The notes under the pieces: generated by a model
The model's input: the letters and a program-made list of their open reading frames with translations, nothing else
The model's database searches: none
Told to the model about the DNA's origin: nothing
Program-made: the position numbers and the translations under genes
Assembly: GCF_037042905.1 (NCBI RefSeq)
Contig: NC_087251.1
Span: 11,534,001 to 11,598,000 of the forward strand
Direction of reading: 5' to 3'
DNA length: 64,000 nt
DNA from: Lytechinus pictus
Taxonomy: Eukaryota
Shown: positions 63,726 through 64,000 of the stretch, one piece after another
How the letters are laid out: each line of letters starts with the position of its first letter
How positions within the stretch are numbered: the stretch's first letter is position 1

Positions 63726-64000
63726 GACAATATTTTACTTATACATCACAGTTACATGCATTTTATGGTTCTCATACTTGTGAAAATGAGTTTCCCTACA
63801 GCATGTAACATGAATTTAGTTAGGGCTTGTAGTTGTAGCGGCTATTTTGGATGTCAAAATACAGACATCAACCTACATGGCAGAAGAAATGCTATATTTT
63901 ATAAAATCATGTTTTCAAACGATATTTTACTCATAGAACAGAATTATATGGATTTCATAGTCAAGCAAATCCTAATTCTTACAGAATTCTGTCCCCATTT

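Larger units (their letters stand above)
60340..64000. repeat. ~190-bp-unit array (caaaatggccgcc core) that reverses orientation near 62410 and is interrupted by three insertions
   Basis: Forward units at about 60350, 61645, 61828, 62018 and 62207. Reverse units (ggccattttc, gccattttg, gctattttg) at about 63100, 63290 and 63840. Confidence 0.7.

Overview
Eukaryotic, AT-rich, intron- and transposon-dense DNA. The repeat landscape suggests an echinoderm, probably a sea urchin; this is inference only. Two host genes are readable by hand. One is a complete 4-exon catechol O-methyltransferase-family gene on the minus strand (ATG 15408, stop 5605, 253 aa). The other is exons 1-3 of 3-hydroxyanthranilate 3,4-dioxygenase (HAAO) on the plus strand (ATG 42509, 16.5-kb first intron, gene continues past the window). 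There are four tRNA-Ser(GCT) copies: two intact, one variant, one pseudogene. Most of the rest is nested mobile DNA. Most notable: (1) a 5'-truncated L1/Tx1-type LINE bracketed by an ~880-bp direct duplication that behaves like a giant target-site duplication (TSD); (2) a TU/foldback-type element with 15-bp tandem arms and an 8-bp TSD; (3) a 2.9-kb P-like element with an 8-bp TSD ending 74 bp upstream of the HAAO ATG; (4) a TAACCC-ended family with terminal triloop hairpins, present as a 570-bp foldback and a possible 8.5-kb parent in HAAO intron 1; (5) a 34-bp perfect palindrome with an 8-bp TSD; (6) a ~110-bp satellite built on GCGAAGC mini-hairpins, shared by hAT-like elements with different termini. 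No CRISPR array or prokaryotic system is supported. Most ORF-track entries are repeat artefacts.
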